Shown in pieces: positions 52,601-60,050 of a stretch of 64,000 bases of DNA. The stretch comes from a virus. Lineage: Duplodnaviria > Caudoviricetes. Made by a program: the position numbers and the translations under genes. Every line of letters starts with the position of its first letter. The first letter of the stretch is position 1. The DNA lies in IMG/VR virus record IMGVR_UViG_3300021400_001091, positions 32,517 to 96,516 of that record; one strand, written 5' to 3'. The notes under the pieces are model-generated. The model had not been told where the DNA came from. It did not search any database and was given only the letters and a program-made list of their open reading frames with translations.

Positions 52601-53209
52601 CTCAATTCCTAATTTTGCTGCTCCTTCTTTTATTCTACCAAAATATCTTTCAACAATTGCTAATTGCTTATTATACTCATCAATATCACCAGCATTTAAA
52701 GCTGCTTTTGCAGCAATTGCAGCTTGTCCTGTTTTGGTCTTATTGTTACCGGCTGCGGCAGCTACATCATCCAATAAAGAATTAGCTGATTTACCTCCCG
52801 ACCCACGCAATTTTTGATTAGCTTGTGATGCAGCGAATTTATTTCGCTCTTCAATTAGTTTGGTAAATTCTTCACGAGCTTGTTTAACTTCTTTGGTATC
52901 AAATTTGAACTTTACTTCTTGTCCAGTTAATTTTTTAAAATCTAGTCCAATTTTAGTTAATTCAGAATCAATTTGTTTAGTAAGCCTTTCAAGACCAGTA
53001 ACATCACCTTTAGTTTTGACACCCTTATTTAATTGATCATTAAATTTCTTAATTAACCCATCTAAATTACCAAAGCTCTTTTCAAAACTACTCTCAAGAC
53101 CTTTAGGCATTTGAATTTTTCCAAGAGTCTGCTGAATCTCTTTTATGCCTTTCATTGCATTGTCTACATTCATTCTGGCATTAAAAAGAATATCAACTTG
53201 CTGTGCCAT
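43661..53209 (-). CDS. Tail tape measure protein
   Basis: 3182 aa, largely helical; TP901-type core (ELDKAM, YYQQG, ETTREAPENLGTAMKTIVARF, AGSRQQSRF); C-terminal FATGG...WLDGTPSKPE. Confidence 0.9.
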   Translation of the reverse strand: MAQQVDILFNARMNVDNAMKGIKEIQQTLGKIQMPKGLESSFEKSFGNLDGLIKKFNDQLNKGVKTKGDVTGLERLTKQIDSELTKIGLDFKKLTGQEVKFKFDTKEVKQAREEFTKLIEERNKFAASQANQKLRGSGGKSANSLLDDVAAAAGNNKTKTGQAAIAAKAALNAGDIDEYNKQLAIVERYFGRIKEGAAKLGIEPEKAFRLLRGAVTDSTTEMEKYNAAVEKAKGKYDLTTAKAVEEAGRQAALAAQNFEKQAGSIKKVEEEQKQLANQSQSLNQNISQLESHVAMYFSFAAILRKVTQVARKAFQTVKELDKAMVETAVVTHFDVSDMWDMLPTYTKNANELGSTIKDVYEAATLYYQQGLNTTQAMGLANETLKMARIGGLQAAEATDMMTAALRGFNMQINEMSAQRINDVYSKLAAITASDTRELGSAMERTASIANSAGMAFETTSAFLAQMIETTREAPENLGTAMKTIVARFQEMKNDPTKLIDAEGEMLDANRVDKALKTIGVNLMDTNGQFRQLDDVFLEISQKWDGLSQAQQRYIATIAAGSRQQSRFIAMVQNYDRVMELTQAANNATGASQEQFNKTLEGLDAKLNKLKNAWDQFAMGLANNKIIKVAVDGMTSFFTIINKILGVFDHFPDPFGGLTKSIVTLLAVVKGMNFAGTILTGGVRGLGGWARGDAEYAAPTPLGGMKKGVDKQFEETRTAKQNAAIKRQAAIDANTYKANVIRGLQGFNFGELAILSRQASKNGAASLINKIYPPGEISAASRKVAFQIANEIQTSVQKGIYSKQSALAALKSRLSGAGFNVSGIDTTSRELQNIVGLANRGQSAFQNFGKGVTAAGGSLQTLSMLLSTTPLAPFTGILLSASMIMQSLGTTIGALYKKVLLSTVAYALETKAIKANTAALYQNKIANGTLTSKQAGALIGRVNGFGGVLKGIGSNILKFFTSTAGKVTLIAAGIAVATALVYRAATKSSRELAKAGKAAGEAADAYASTTQSLSELRDNLDKIREADAGFDGLVEGTAAFNEQLVKSNELILQLLNKYPMLYDYLSTDSSGRMKISDEGMEEVLKYQQQITSQAAALNSIKNGEYQALKTEQEEKQVRKDRREEIFSSDVDKERLEYYDKELENLQRQQDTYRQTSKLTAISTKLSGKELANQEAISQLYADQYDTRKAGVKLSKKEAYQAYADFYDYRYEGGKLLDQEGNKVDIKKKEVMDAAEDITVLADIELDADSLNKTISDANKIFSKNFDFGDNKQGASTFISDLLSKNFEANEDAIIKVLKDDSSLKETAAQLSAEQVASILGVSVNEVEENLEKYQQQVVTLLKDNAAAIAKTQGQNYSDLGIMLGKSRGTTNTKAITSELQKMSQAQRQSILQAGQALEKSAGEESMKAMVAGMTDIYEGTNLAEKTNLDKLLDGVNWDSAIERYAAFNRLTEEGIGKVRDLGNEMLNLEESSDLVAEAFEEAYDSADFQEAIKDLSDMADEAGHLDASDIKELSKESSTLNKLLDSGIISTGGMARAMNLLHDNGDMTLMDLNSDLLMFLDTLGQVDTAIGDAHNLIENFDPGIDTGESEDFIIDSVKKYNELFEAGEWGNPQMRAYAELIVGAQAFNDALRDNNGNLKETYKQFNDIINQFSNGAYGAWSKLANSTSKAASIFSWGQNGEIRIDLSNIKSIEDLTNVLEENGYSKEAAQIMIEEYINYSPDFQKAMEAIAFTEAFNKNSGEMIKNRLSAKGDKSIFLQSELEKFAIASGADPKNQKEIKEKTKEIADKISESSGVPVSVVDDTKKDMTLEEKGQLLSQEYTGKKNAGAYDLLTKNDKVESDKYKGALDVGKMIKIAQQYGMTETEAREYAFGAAQNTNKDVYYDDEKLDKKEIDTLGEWDEWLSQIFDSEKWEKVGQDIAAGWFSYLADHDTNGDGVINDKDVQTTTTPDDNGNGNGGGYTASSVEDKYGYRGGRAFGETPDYTNLQGDWLADNYDYNTEGYRKGFDSGIEFDTKAVDDYFTAIGEATTATEEYTAVTKEANAEADPEKKPKVVPDTPDSKAEANKYFQEYRKNAQQEFDKHPVTLTFTEDQRNEAVINHANKLLEDQEKDVNKHFNETLGNIRTQTFQWIDEFGKKHTVEVNVDAKTEQALAKAKTVEDYVNAMRPAMVVDGQTASAQQRFNILFNNNNGRVLTWILNIKKVVTEVLGKGKSKEKNNDSKNSGNEEPTIKIDGGDTSVGSYGDYTGPGGGNNSGGGGGGGGNNTKPTINNFSIQEIIRYDAEKRLASYQSSLDKLEKTLEKNLEKIGVTTSDISKNINKQRSYLNKEIKDQNKITGTYNKQLKKLDKGGYYEYLSWTDSTGQSHDGSKYNLSNYIKKNKRGVYQVDTNAINATAAKVGKSNANDRRAVREMLYKAAQGALDPLVSGLEDSKKKTQEYKERLKELDKQVYEAFYAWENELTRIYNINQKIEQVTKRIERVGSYVDLELARVGAGAMGTTKAINNSVQALKRENSSRKTQINLQKQLINGEQERLMTALSDEDERAELKRAQKEGNTARIQAAKDAVTAANLADKYTVVTLNNDSTADINVNWEKLEKDRRSGKITEKTYQAIKERIEEMISANADLEDAIKGLNDAYAELYNELIEYRQTIEDMEDTLLKQLEAETKKRIDNAKKLSTAITKALKDILDTVRKRLQERRQKEDNAKTEQDIANKQQRLNLLRANTSGGNKTEIAQLEKEIADAQQSYGRTLEDQLLQKLQDQADEAAKQRERQIQIAEDQLEIQKDINKQIVYEYLLALRNTGTMPAEAMELLKAANNYDEKGIFGSKFSLDKLEQDVTKTGIALREIQASRTGSTAWTAEQAGNVIKGINEINKALGNNDSSTQALKSYNRKDTPAAARKLIEKAGSKSNVETIKAMSKAGYSHNEIRQANFSLKSQMAAGTISSAKGAKSAGYGLATVVNNGLVDSIKEAQAAGYNMTQVYRSRKFSWADIEKYYGKNADRILTDTRAKRVAGSIKNDKDHGGWGKTKTKQYENLKKVFGPNNASFIWAYVKNNDVLFTKGAYTYAKMAKRNWQKFATGGFADFTGPAWLDGTPSKPEAVLNAADTKNFVQLRDILSSLMKGGAFDGPAYAAAGDTNFEININVDHIANDYDVDRIADRVKKQIVESSQYRNVNQVRRLR

Positions 53210-53233
53210 TTTCTAGCCTCCTTTTCTCCAAAT

Positions 53234-53264
53234 AAAAATAGCGTTAATTAAAAATTAACGCCAT
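53234..53264 (-). terminator. Terminator/attenuator upstream of tape measure gene
   Basis: Minus strand aatggcgttaatt-ttt-aattaacgctatt then T-run. Confidence 0.6.
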
Positions 53265-54061
53265 TCAGAGTCCTCATCTATATCATCCTCTAAAAAGTAA
53301 ATCTCAATCGCTTTTGATTCTTTTCTCGGTCCTTCCGACAACGCGATTCCAGTGAACTTTGGTACAATCGGTTGTGCGTTCTTTCCAAGCGTAAGATTAA
53401 AGTCTGACGTTATTTTTAATTTCGGTATACGTATAATCGCAGTATGAGTATCTCCCGTAACATCATCCTTAAATCTTGACCGGCCTTCTAAACTCAAATA
53501 CCCATCAAAAATTTCTTCACCGATTAAATTTACGTCCGCTCCGCCATTATACCCATATTCATAATCGACAATAACATCTGTATAGGCTAAAGGAGGATCG
53601 GTTTGAAGTTTATCAGAATCTATTCTATGGAGTCCAGTTAACTTCTCTCCTGTCTCTTTATTATAAACAAAAATCCACGAACTTAAAGGTACGTGAGTTA
53701 ATGTGATAATTCCATTCTCATTTGTTTCTAGTTCTTCTCGCTCTGCAATTGGTATGGTCGAGTCTTGTCCTAACGATACCAATCGCGCATTATTCATTAA
53801 AGCTAATTGTGTTTTAGAAAAAATACCTTGCGCGAAGACTAAATCTACTCCTTCAACCCTATCCCAAATTACTAATTTACGGTTCTGGTATCCACCTTGC
53901 GCCGCGACTTCACGACTTATATCTTTGAAGTTAGCAATTTGGATTCTATCAAATGCTGCGACCACTTCACCGGCCGCAATTAATTGTCCTTTTACCTCTA
54001 TAGGATAAGTAGATTTTAACTGCACAAAGTACAGCTCTTGCATACCAAATTCTTTATCCAT
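53255..54061 (-). CDS. Minor tail-tube paralog
   Basis: Aligns by eye with 54134-55171 (AQGGYQNRKLVIWD vs ARGGKGNVKLLSWD; IIRIPKLKI vs IIIPKGKV). Confidence 0.65.
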   Translation of the reverse strand: MDKEFGMQELYFVQLKSTYPIEVKGQLIAAGEVVAAFDRIQIANFKDISREVAAQGGYQNRKLVIWDRVEGVDLVFAQGIFSKTQLALMNNARLVSLGQDSTIPIAEREELETNENGIITLTHVPLSSWIFVYNKETGEKLTGLHRIDSDKLQTDPPLAYTDVIVDYEYGYNGGADVNLIGEEIFDGYLSLEGRSRFKDDVTGDTHTAIIRIPKLKITSDFNLTLGKNAQPIVPKFTGIALSEGPRKESKAIEIYFLEDDIDEDSEWR

Positions 54062-54082
54062 TAGGATTCTCCTTAAGTAGAA

Positions 54083-54106
54083 TGGAGGGACGTTGCCGCC
54101 CCTCCA
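54083..54106 (-). terminator. Hairpin after major tail protein gene
   Basis: tggaggg...ccctcca stem; CTACTTA motif follows on the minus strand (54074-54080). Confidence 0.5.
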
Positions 54107-54133
54107 CCATTAATGTTCGTTTTATTTAAATTA

Positions 54134-55171
54134 CTACTTGCGTTTAATATTGTCGCCTTGGCTACCAGTAATCTTTGAATTTGGAGTTGTATAATCAGCA
54201 CTTGTGTAGTTATCATATTCATCAAGAACTGAAGCAACACCCTTATTAAGATTATCAGCAGCAGCAGCAGTACTAGCAAGCGAGTACTTAACGAATCTAA
54301 CAAGATCACCACTCTCTGACTTTAAGCACTGAACCGTCATAGAGAATGTAGCTGGATCACCATCGGCTTCCATTGTTAAGCTAACATCTTCTGCAGAAAC
54401 CTTGCCCTTTGGAATGATAATCTGCAAAAATTCATCCTTACCAGAAGCAACATTACGAGCATATGTGTCGCCAGCAATATAATAGGTGTTAGAATTAAAT
54501 TCAGCACCAATATTAATTGTCATTCCGCTACCAATAACACCATTATCATTATCACCAGTGGTGCGAGCAGTAGCTGTAGCAGTGCAATCAAGTAAATCAA
54601 AAGTAATAAACTCAATGTTTTGAATAATTGTAGAAGAAGCAGATGCTTTACCAGTCATATGTTCAAAATCTGGAACTGCAACAGCGACAGGGTCTTTAAC
54701 TTCTGCTCCATACTTCACATTATCAATGGTTTTTCCTTCTACACTAGAACTATTATAGCTAAAGGAAGTAACTAAAGATGTAGCAATATAATATGGTTGA
54801 CCATTAAGATTAAAAGTTAAATACTCTCCACCGGTAGCAACTTTAACGTCCTTAGCTTTTAAAGTCTTTAAAACTTCTTGTTTATTATCAGTAACAACCA
54901 TGTCACCACCGAACATAATCTGAAGTGACTTGGCACTGAATACGGCATCTTCCATTTCGATTGTTAATTCTTTATTGGTATCCCAAGAAAGAAGCTTAAC
55001 ATTACCCTTACCACCACGAGCATCTACAACTTCAGAACTCTGATTTAATGTAGAAGTCTTTAAGGTGTCTAGATAAAGAACTGGAGCAGAAGGAGCGCCG
55101 TTCTTGTCGATTTCATAGAACATAACGTCCATGACTTCTTTAATAGCATATTTATCAAGAACAATTGCCAT
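54134..55171 (-). CDS. Major tail (tube) protein
   Basis: 345 aa; PVLYLDTLKTS, ARGGKGN.KL..WD, LTMEADGDPATFSM; position upstream of TMP. Confidence 0.75.
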   Translation of the reverse strand: MAIVLDKYAIKEVMDVMFYEIDKNGAPSAPVLYLDTLKTSTLNQSSEVVDARGGKGNVKLLSWDTNKELTIEMEDAVFSAKSLQIMFGGDMVVTDNKQEVLKTLKAKDVKVATGGEYLTFNLNGQPYYIATSLVTSFSYNSSSVEGKTIDNVKYGAEVKDPVAVAVPDFEHMTGKASASSTIIQNIEFITFDLLDCTATATARTTGDNDNGVIGSGMTINIGAEFNSNTYYIAGDTYARNVASGKDEFLQIIIPKGKVSAEDVSLTMEADGDPATFSMTVQCLKSESGDLVRFVKYSLASTAAAADNLNKGVASVLDEYDNYTSADYTTPNSKITGSQGDNIKRK

Positions 55172-55192
55172 ATTAAATAGCCTCCTATTTTC

Positions 55193-55942
55193 TTAATCTA
55201 TATTCTTAATCCAATATTTTGGTTTTACTTTTTTGCTATCCGCTCCAGCAAGAAGTGCCCGAATATCAATATCATACTCTTCCTTCTGCTGCTCCATGGC
55301 AGTTAGCCAATGAACACACGCATAGCTAATCTCTCCTATATTAAGTGGAGTTAATCCAATTCCCATACAACAAATTGCGGCAAGTAGAGTTCCTATAGAT
55401 GGAGCTTGTTTACTTTTCTTTTTTGCAATTAATTTATCATGTTCCCGAAGCTTTTGTTGGTAACGTCTAATACGCGGGTCCAAACTTAAATCTTCCTCTT
55501 TTGGTTTTTCCGCAGGTTTTTCTCCCATTACATCACGTATACACTGCTGAAACTCAAAAAAGTTTTCCTCAGTCAACAACCTTGGATTTTCTAAATCCAC
55601 ATCTGGATCAAGCTCATCTTCACTCTTTCCAATTAACAACATTTCAATTTCTGGAACAATCGTTACTGGTTCATGAGTATATTTCATAAAACCAGCTTCT
55701 ATTTTCTTTGCCATTTCTTCATCTTGATAATAATTCATTAACAAATATTGAAATGGCGTAGGAATCATATCTATATTCTCTTTTGTATAGGCATCAGATA
55801 ATTCCTCTTGTGTAATGGTGAATAAAGACTGATATATTAAAAAGTCCTTGTTCCCAATTACATCATTTACAGTCGGTGGATATACTTGGCATATATCCTC
55901 AAAATCAATCGGAAGGCCAAGCAGAACCTTTTCATTAATCAT
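55193..55942 (-). CDS. Tail-associated protein (possible assembly chaperone)
   Basis: 249 aa in the neck/tail block; ends LLAGADSKKVKPKYWI. Confidence 0.5.
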   Translation of the reverse strand: MINEKVLLGLPIDFEDICQVYPPTVNDVIGNKDFLIYQSLFTITQEELSDAYTKENIDMIPTPFQYLLMNYYQDEEMAKKIEAGFMKYTHEPVTIVPEIEMLLIGKSEDELDPDVDLENPRLLTEENFFEFQQCIRDVMGEKPAEKPKEEDLSLDPRIRRYQQKLREHDKLIAKKKSKQAPSIGTLLAAICCMGIGLTPLNIGEISYACVHWLTAMEQQKEEYDIDIRALLAGADSKKVKPKYWIKNID

Positions 55943-56426
55943 AAGAAGTTATCGTAAATATTTGCTCATAAGCTGAAACTTCCTCTGTTAAGAAGTTCAG
56001 GTCAAAATCTCCACCGTCCATCTTGCCCAAACCTTCAATTTTCTTTCCATTTAAAGACTTCTGAACCTCACCCATTATAGCAAACGGCCGCAAGTTCGTA
56101 TCTTTAATTATCCACTGCGTCATCGGTACAAAAACCTCAATACCTATCGTAACATTTTTAAACTCGCTATTTGATGCGAGACCACGACCGCGCGCAATCC
56201 GAATAACAACGAGTGAGTGGGCCGTTTCTTTTGGCCCAACTCTCGGTATAATTTTTACAAGTTTTTCAAAAACTTCATCCTGTATCTGTTCCGCTGTTAA
56301 ATCCTCATGCGACAATGGATCTTTATCTGTATAATATAAAAGTTTCAGTAGGTTTTGATTAGCCAGAAGTCTTTTCATTATATATTGAGCATTAACACCC
56401 AAATCTGCACAATTCCTTACTGCCAT
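55935..56426 (-). CDS. Putative tail terminator / completion protein
   Basis: Size and position; LLKLLYY, LRPFAI motifs. Confidence 0.5.
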   Translation of the reverse strand: MAVRNCADLGVNAQYIMKRLLANQNLLKLLYYTDKDPLSHEDLTAEQIQDEVFEKLVKIIPRVGPKETAHSLVVIRIARGRGLASNSEFKNVTIGIEVFVPMTQWIIKDTNLRPFAIMGEVQKSLNGKKIEGLGKMDGGDFDLNFLTEEVSAYEQIFTITSYD

Positions 56427-57151
56427 TAGTTACCTCCTTGATTAAACCAATAGAAGTCATCAATATCTTCTCCTGGCTCTGGAGTAGGAGGCGGAGTCAA
56501 ATCTCTAATATATTGAGGATCAACTGATACGAACTCAACGCCTGGTGTTGATTGAATATCATAACCAGTAACTACATAAGCTTCTTTCAGCTTTCCCTCT
56601 CCTACTTCTAAATAATCATCTTTTCTAATATTTTCATTAAGTGGTGTAATAAAGAAACTTAATTTTAAGTTTTCTGTATAAAGTGTTTTATTTCTGCTTC
56701 GTGATTTTAATTCATCTTTTAACATATTATCTTCTTGTCCATAGAAATATGCCCAAGTAGAACACTCTTCACCCTCTCTATTAGTCCAAGTTAAATAATG
56801 TGTCATCTTCAATACAATATATCTATTATATCCACTAGCCACATAATCTTCTAACCAATAAATCATCCAAGGCTCTAAAATCTGATCCTTATCAGGCAAC
56901 ATTAAAAGTGTCCCATTCGGCATATCCAAATGTACATCTGTTAAAAGATAACGCACGGTCTTCGTTTCATCCTGTTTATATGGTGTTAATTCACCTTCTC
57001 TTTCTTCATTTTCCCAATCAAAGTTAATATAATAAACAGAACGCTTCAGCTCCCGTGCAAAATTTTCTTCGCGCTGCCGCTGCATACGAGATTGAAAGTC
57101 TATTCCATATCTATTGAGTCTTTTTAAATATACATCCTCATAGTATCCCAT
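56426..57151 (-). CDS. Putative head closure / neck protein
   Basis: Start moved to ATG 57151 (TAATG overlap); position between connector and tail genes. Confidence 0.5.
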   Translation of the reverse strand: MGYYEDVYLKRLNRYGIDFQSRMQRQREENFARELKRSVYYINFDWENEEREGELTPYKQDETKTVRYLLTDVHLDMPNGTLLMLPDKDQILEPWMIYWLEDYVASGYNRYIVLKMTHYLTWTNREGEECSTWAYFYGQEDNMLKDELKSRSRNKTLYTENLKLSFFITPLNENIRKDDYLEVGEGKLKEAYVVTGYDIQSTPGVEFVSVDPQYIRDLTPPPTPEPGEDIDDFYWFNQGGN

Positions 57152-57420
57152 TAGGCTCCCTCCCTCGAAAGCAAAGACATACAATCAAAAATTGTCTTCC
57201 TAAAATATTCATAACTTAAATATCTTAAGGAAGAAATATTATGAAACAAAATATAATAATTAATCGTTTTCTCTTCTTCATCAAAGCCCATCAACTCAAT
57301 CAAAATCGAGTCAAGAAACTTCTCCCATTCACGTCCGCGCTCATATTCACAAAGCAGTCCGAATAACTTACTCTTAAGTTTATTATTATACCCCTCTTTC
57401 AAATTTGGAGTATAATCCAT
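57151..57420 (-). CDS. Hypothetical protein
   Basis: 89 aa; LFGLLCEYE, FRKTIFDCM; operon packing. Confidence 0.65.
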   Translation of the reverse strand: MDYTPNLKEGYNNKLKSKLFGLLCEYERGREWEKFLDSILIELMGFDEEEKTINYYILFHNISSLRYLSYEYFRKTIFDCMSLLSREGA

Positions 57421-57421
57421 T

Positions 57422-57850
57422 TTATTCCCCCGCTAATTTAGTATAATCAAATGGCTTACTATTAATTGAACGATAATAAATCCGTTCTAGCTTGCGCGCT
57501 TTGTACTCTTCACGTTCTTGCAGTTTCTGAAGTTTATCAATTAAATTCGCCTGTGAAAAATCTCTTTCTACATAAAGCGGTTTAATATTCTCCCAAGTCA
57601 AAATCTCTCGATTCAACCATTCACACTTCATAAAAGTTGCAAGAATTTGAATTTCCTCATTACCTAAATCGCCTAAGAAGTTCCCATCATCATCAATCGT
57701 TAAATCAACTCTTGGAAATTTAAAGTTTGGGATCGCGCCGTCTAGTAACATACGCCAATCGTGTTGGATTTCTTCATCTGTCCAATTAAGCCATTCTTCT
57801 TCCAACATCTTCGATAAAAAAGCATCATAAACTCTTTGAACTGGAGTCAT
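57422..57850 (-). CDS. Putative head-tail connector (adaptor)
   Basis: Start moved to ATG 57850 (AGGAG SD); TP...VYDAFLSK, EIQILATFM..EW, DFSQAN. Confidence 0.55.
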   Translation of the reverse strand: MTPVQRVYDAFLSKMLEEEWLNWTDEEIQHDWRMLLDGAIPNFKFPRVDLTIDDDGNFLGDLGNEEIQILATFMKCEWLNREILTWENIKPLYVERDFSQANLIDKLQKLQEREEYKARKLERIYYRSINSKPFDYTKLAGE

Positions 57851-57851
57851 C

Positions 57852-58337
57852 TTACATCTCCTTACCTGCCTCGTCGTCCTTATTGAGCTTAATTGCAGCA
57901 ATAACATCTTTGCCAGTCATTTCCTTAAGAATTGTATCCTTCTCAAAGTCAACCAACTCATGCTCAATAGCATATTTTGTTAATTCTACAACTTGCTCAT
58001 GAGGTAACTCTTTAACCTTAGCTCTAAACTCACTAATAGGCAGTACGGTTAAATAACGCTTTCTCTGATCGTCAGTTAAGGTAATAATATTAACTGGCTC
58101 AGACGCATCTTCTGGCTCTAAACCTAATCTCTTCTTTACATCCATATCTTCAATTCCAAGAACACCCTCCCGGAAAAGTGGCTCAACGCCGGGTGTATAG
58201 AAAGCTTCCTCTAACTGATCGAATGGAATAATCTTAACCGCGCCTTTCTTTTCCCAAACTCTCTTTAATCTCATATCTGGAACAGAAAGAACTACCCTAC
58301 TTGAAACTAAATTTGTAATCTTAACTTTATCTTCCAT
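57852..58337 (-). CDS. Hypothetical head-module protein
   Basis: 161 aa directly after capsid gene; tandem SD. Confidence 0.7.
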   Translation of the reverse strand: MEDKVKITNLVSSRVVLSVPDMRLKRVWEKKGAVKIIPFDQLEEAFYTPGVEPLFREGVLGIEDMDVKKRLGLEPEDASEPVNIITLTDDQRKRYLTVLPISEFRAKVKELPHEQVVELTKYAIEHELVDFEKDTILKEMTGKDVIAAIKLNKDDEAGKEM

Positions 58338-58364
58338 AATTTTACTCCTTTTAACTCCTAAATA

Positions 58365-58400
58365 TAAAATGGGGAGGGGAAAAACCTTACCCCTCCCCTT
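58365..58400 (-). terminator. Terminator after major capsid gene
   Basis: ggggagggg/cccctcccc stem followed by a T-rich tract on the minus strand. Confidence 0.75.
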
Positions 58401-58406
58401 TAATTA

Positions 58407-59456
58407 CTAAGCGTTTGGATACATTTCCTGATATGTCTGAGCAATACCAGTATTCTTGTAGATGCACCAATTGTGATATGCAAGAATAGCAGTACCTAGC
58501 TTACGATATGTATGGAATTCCATTGACTGATCTCTGTTAACGAAATCATACATCTGAGTTTGTCCTTCAAAGACAACCTTAACAACCTTTTCTCCGCCTG
58601 TTGGTAAGACATAAGCAAGCTGAGGATCGATCCAAGTTGTTGTATTACTCTCGTCAGTGAATGACTGAGGAATCTGAACAATTGGAGTACCTCTAAAGAT
58701 GTTGATGTAACCAGTATTGTGGATAGCATCAATATCCTGTGGATGGTAAACACCACCATAATTACCACTCTGTGGAATTGGAACGATGGCATCAGCACCC
58801 ATAGCTGCAATGAATTCAGGTGGTGCAAAAATAACTGCGCCAGCACCGTAAGCACGAGCAGTGCTGATTAACTTCATCATTTCATCTGGATCCCAAGTAC
58901 CCTGAACTCTGTTTGGACCTGGAACATCCATAGCTGTCATAGCGCCACGAAGGGCTCTCTGAACTTCCTGGTAAACGGCGTCTGTCTGGGCCTCTGTTAA
59001 GAGGGAGACCATCTCAGCCATATCTTCAGCACCATCTAACATTCTCTCGAAGTCGATTGTGCAAGCCCCGCCGATTGCATGAGCGGAAACTTCGAAAATA
59101 CCAGTATCGAGACGGAATGTCTCATAAACACCAGAAAGGCCAACCTGAGTTAAGAACTTCTTAGCTCTTGTTCTACCTAACTTAGTCTTGAACATAGCTT
59201 TCTGGCCCTGTCCAACCTGCTGAACATCAGCAAAGATGCCAACGGCATCAATAACCTTGTTAGGAACGACTTCATCAGCCGCCTGGATAATAATATCATA
59301 AATGTCATATCTGTTCTTCATGAACTGATTGACGGAACCAGCTAATTCCTTAAGACCATCGACAAGTGCATCATTAACATTTTCAACGGCATAGTTAGCT
59401 GGAGCTTCGTTCTTAGCCGCATAAACAGCTAATTCTTTTAATTCGTTTAAAGTCAT
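58407..59456 (-). CDS. Major capsid protein
   Basis: 349 aa after scaffold and decoration genes; followed by strong terminator; tandem stop TAG TAA. Confidence 0.8.
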   Translation of the reverse strand: MTLNELKELAVYAAKNEAPANYAVENVNDALVDGLKELAGSVNQFMKNRYDIYDIIIQAADEVVPNKVIDAVGIFADVQQVGQGQKAMFKTKLGRTRAKKFLTQVGLSGVYETFRLDTGIFEVSAHAIGGACTIDFERMLDGAEDMAEMVSLLTEAQTDAVYQEVQRALRGAMTAMDVPGPNRVQGTWDPDEMMKLISTARAYGAGAVIFAPPEFIAAMGADAIVPIPQSGNYGGVYHPQDIDAIHNTGYINIFRGTPIVQIPQSFTDESNTTTWIDPQLAYVLPTGGEKVVKVVFEGQTQMYDFVNRDQSMEFHTYRKLGTAILAYHNWCIYKNTGIAQTYQEMYPNA

Positions 59457-59475
59457 CGCTATCTATCCTCCTTAA

Positions 59476-60030
59476 TTACGCACTTAATACCTGGAACTTA
59501 ATTCCAAACTGACCGTCGGGCATTGTTGTACCCTCAACAGCTAATAAAACTGGACCATCAGATGGAGCAGCATCTGCAATAAGAATGGAACCATCCGCGC
59601 TAATACCACCATACATTGGGGTAGCAGCTAAAGCAGTCTTGGTAGTAGCAGTCTTAACAGCCGCGTCATTGGCATAGTCACCAGTGTCATAGCTAATGCA
59701 GTTTGTTGTAAATAAGTCACCAACAGAAAGATAACCTAATCTTGGAAGGAAGGAACCCCTTTCAAGTTTGAAATCCTTTAAACCATTGGCTCTTTCATCA
59801 TACATATGTTCTGCAGTATAATTTAAGGCAATTGGTAAAGAGTCATCTGTGGCAAACTTAACAGTTCTGTTAACTCTGTCGACAGCAAGTAACATTCCAT
59901 TCTCAGCAGGAACGGTAGCAAAATCAGTGGCGTCAAGCGCACACTGAGCTTCAACACGTCCATCTCTGCGGAAGGCTACATTATTTAACTCTAACTGACC
60001 ATAGCCGTCAATTACGAATCTCTTTGCCAT
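59476..60030 (-). CDS. Capsid decoration / minor head protein
   Basis: GYGQLELN, AENGM, TMPDGQ; between scaffold and MCP. Confidence 0.6.
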   Translation of the reverse strand: MAKRFVIDGYGQLELNNVAFRRDGRVEAQCALDATDFATVPAENGMLLAVDRVNRTVKFATDDSLPIALNYTAEHMYDERANGLKDFKLERGSFLPRLGYLSVGDLFTTNCISYDTGDYANDAAVKTATTKTALAATPMYGGISADGSILIADAAPSDGPVLLAVEGTTMPDGQFGIKFQVLSA

Positions 60031-60050
60031 AATAATTCCTCCGCGTATTA

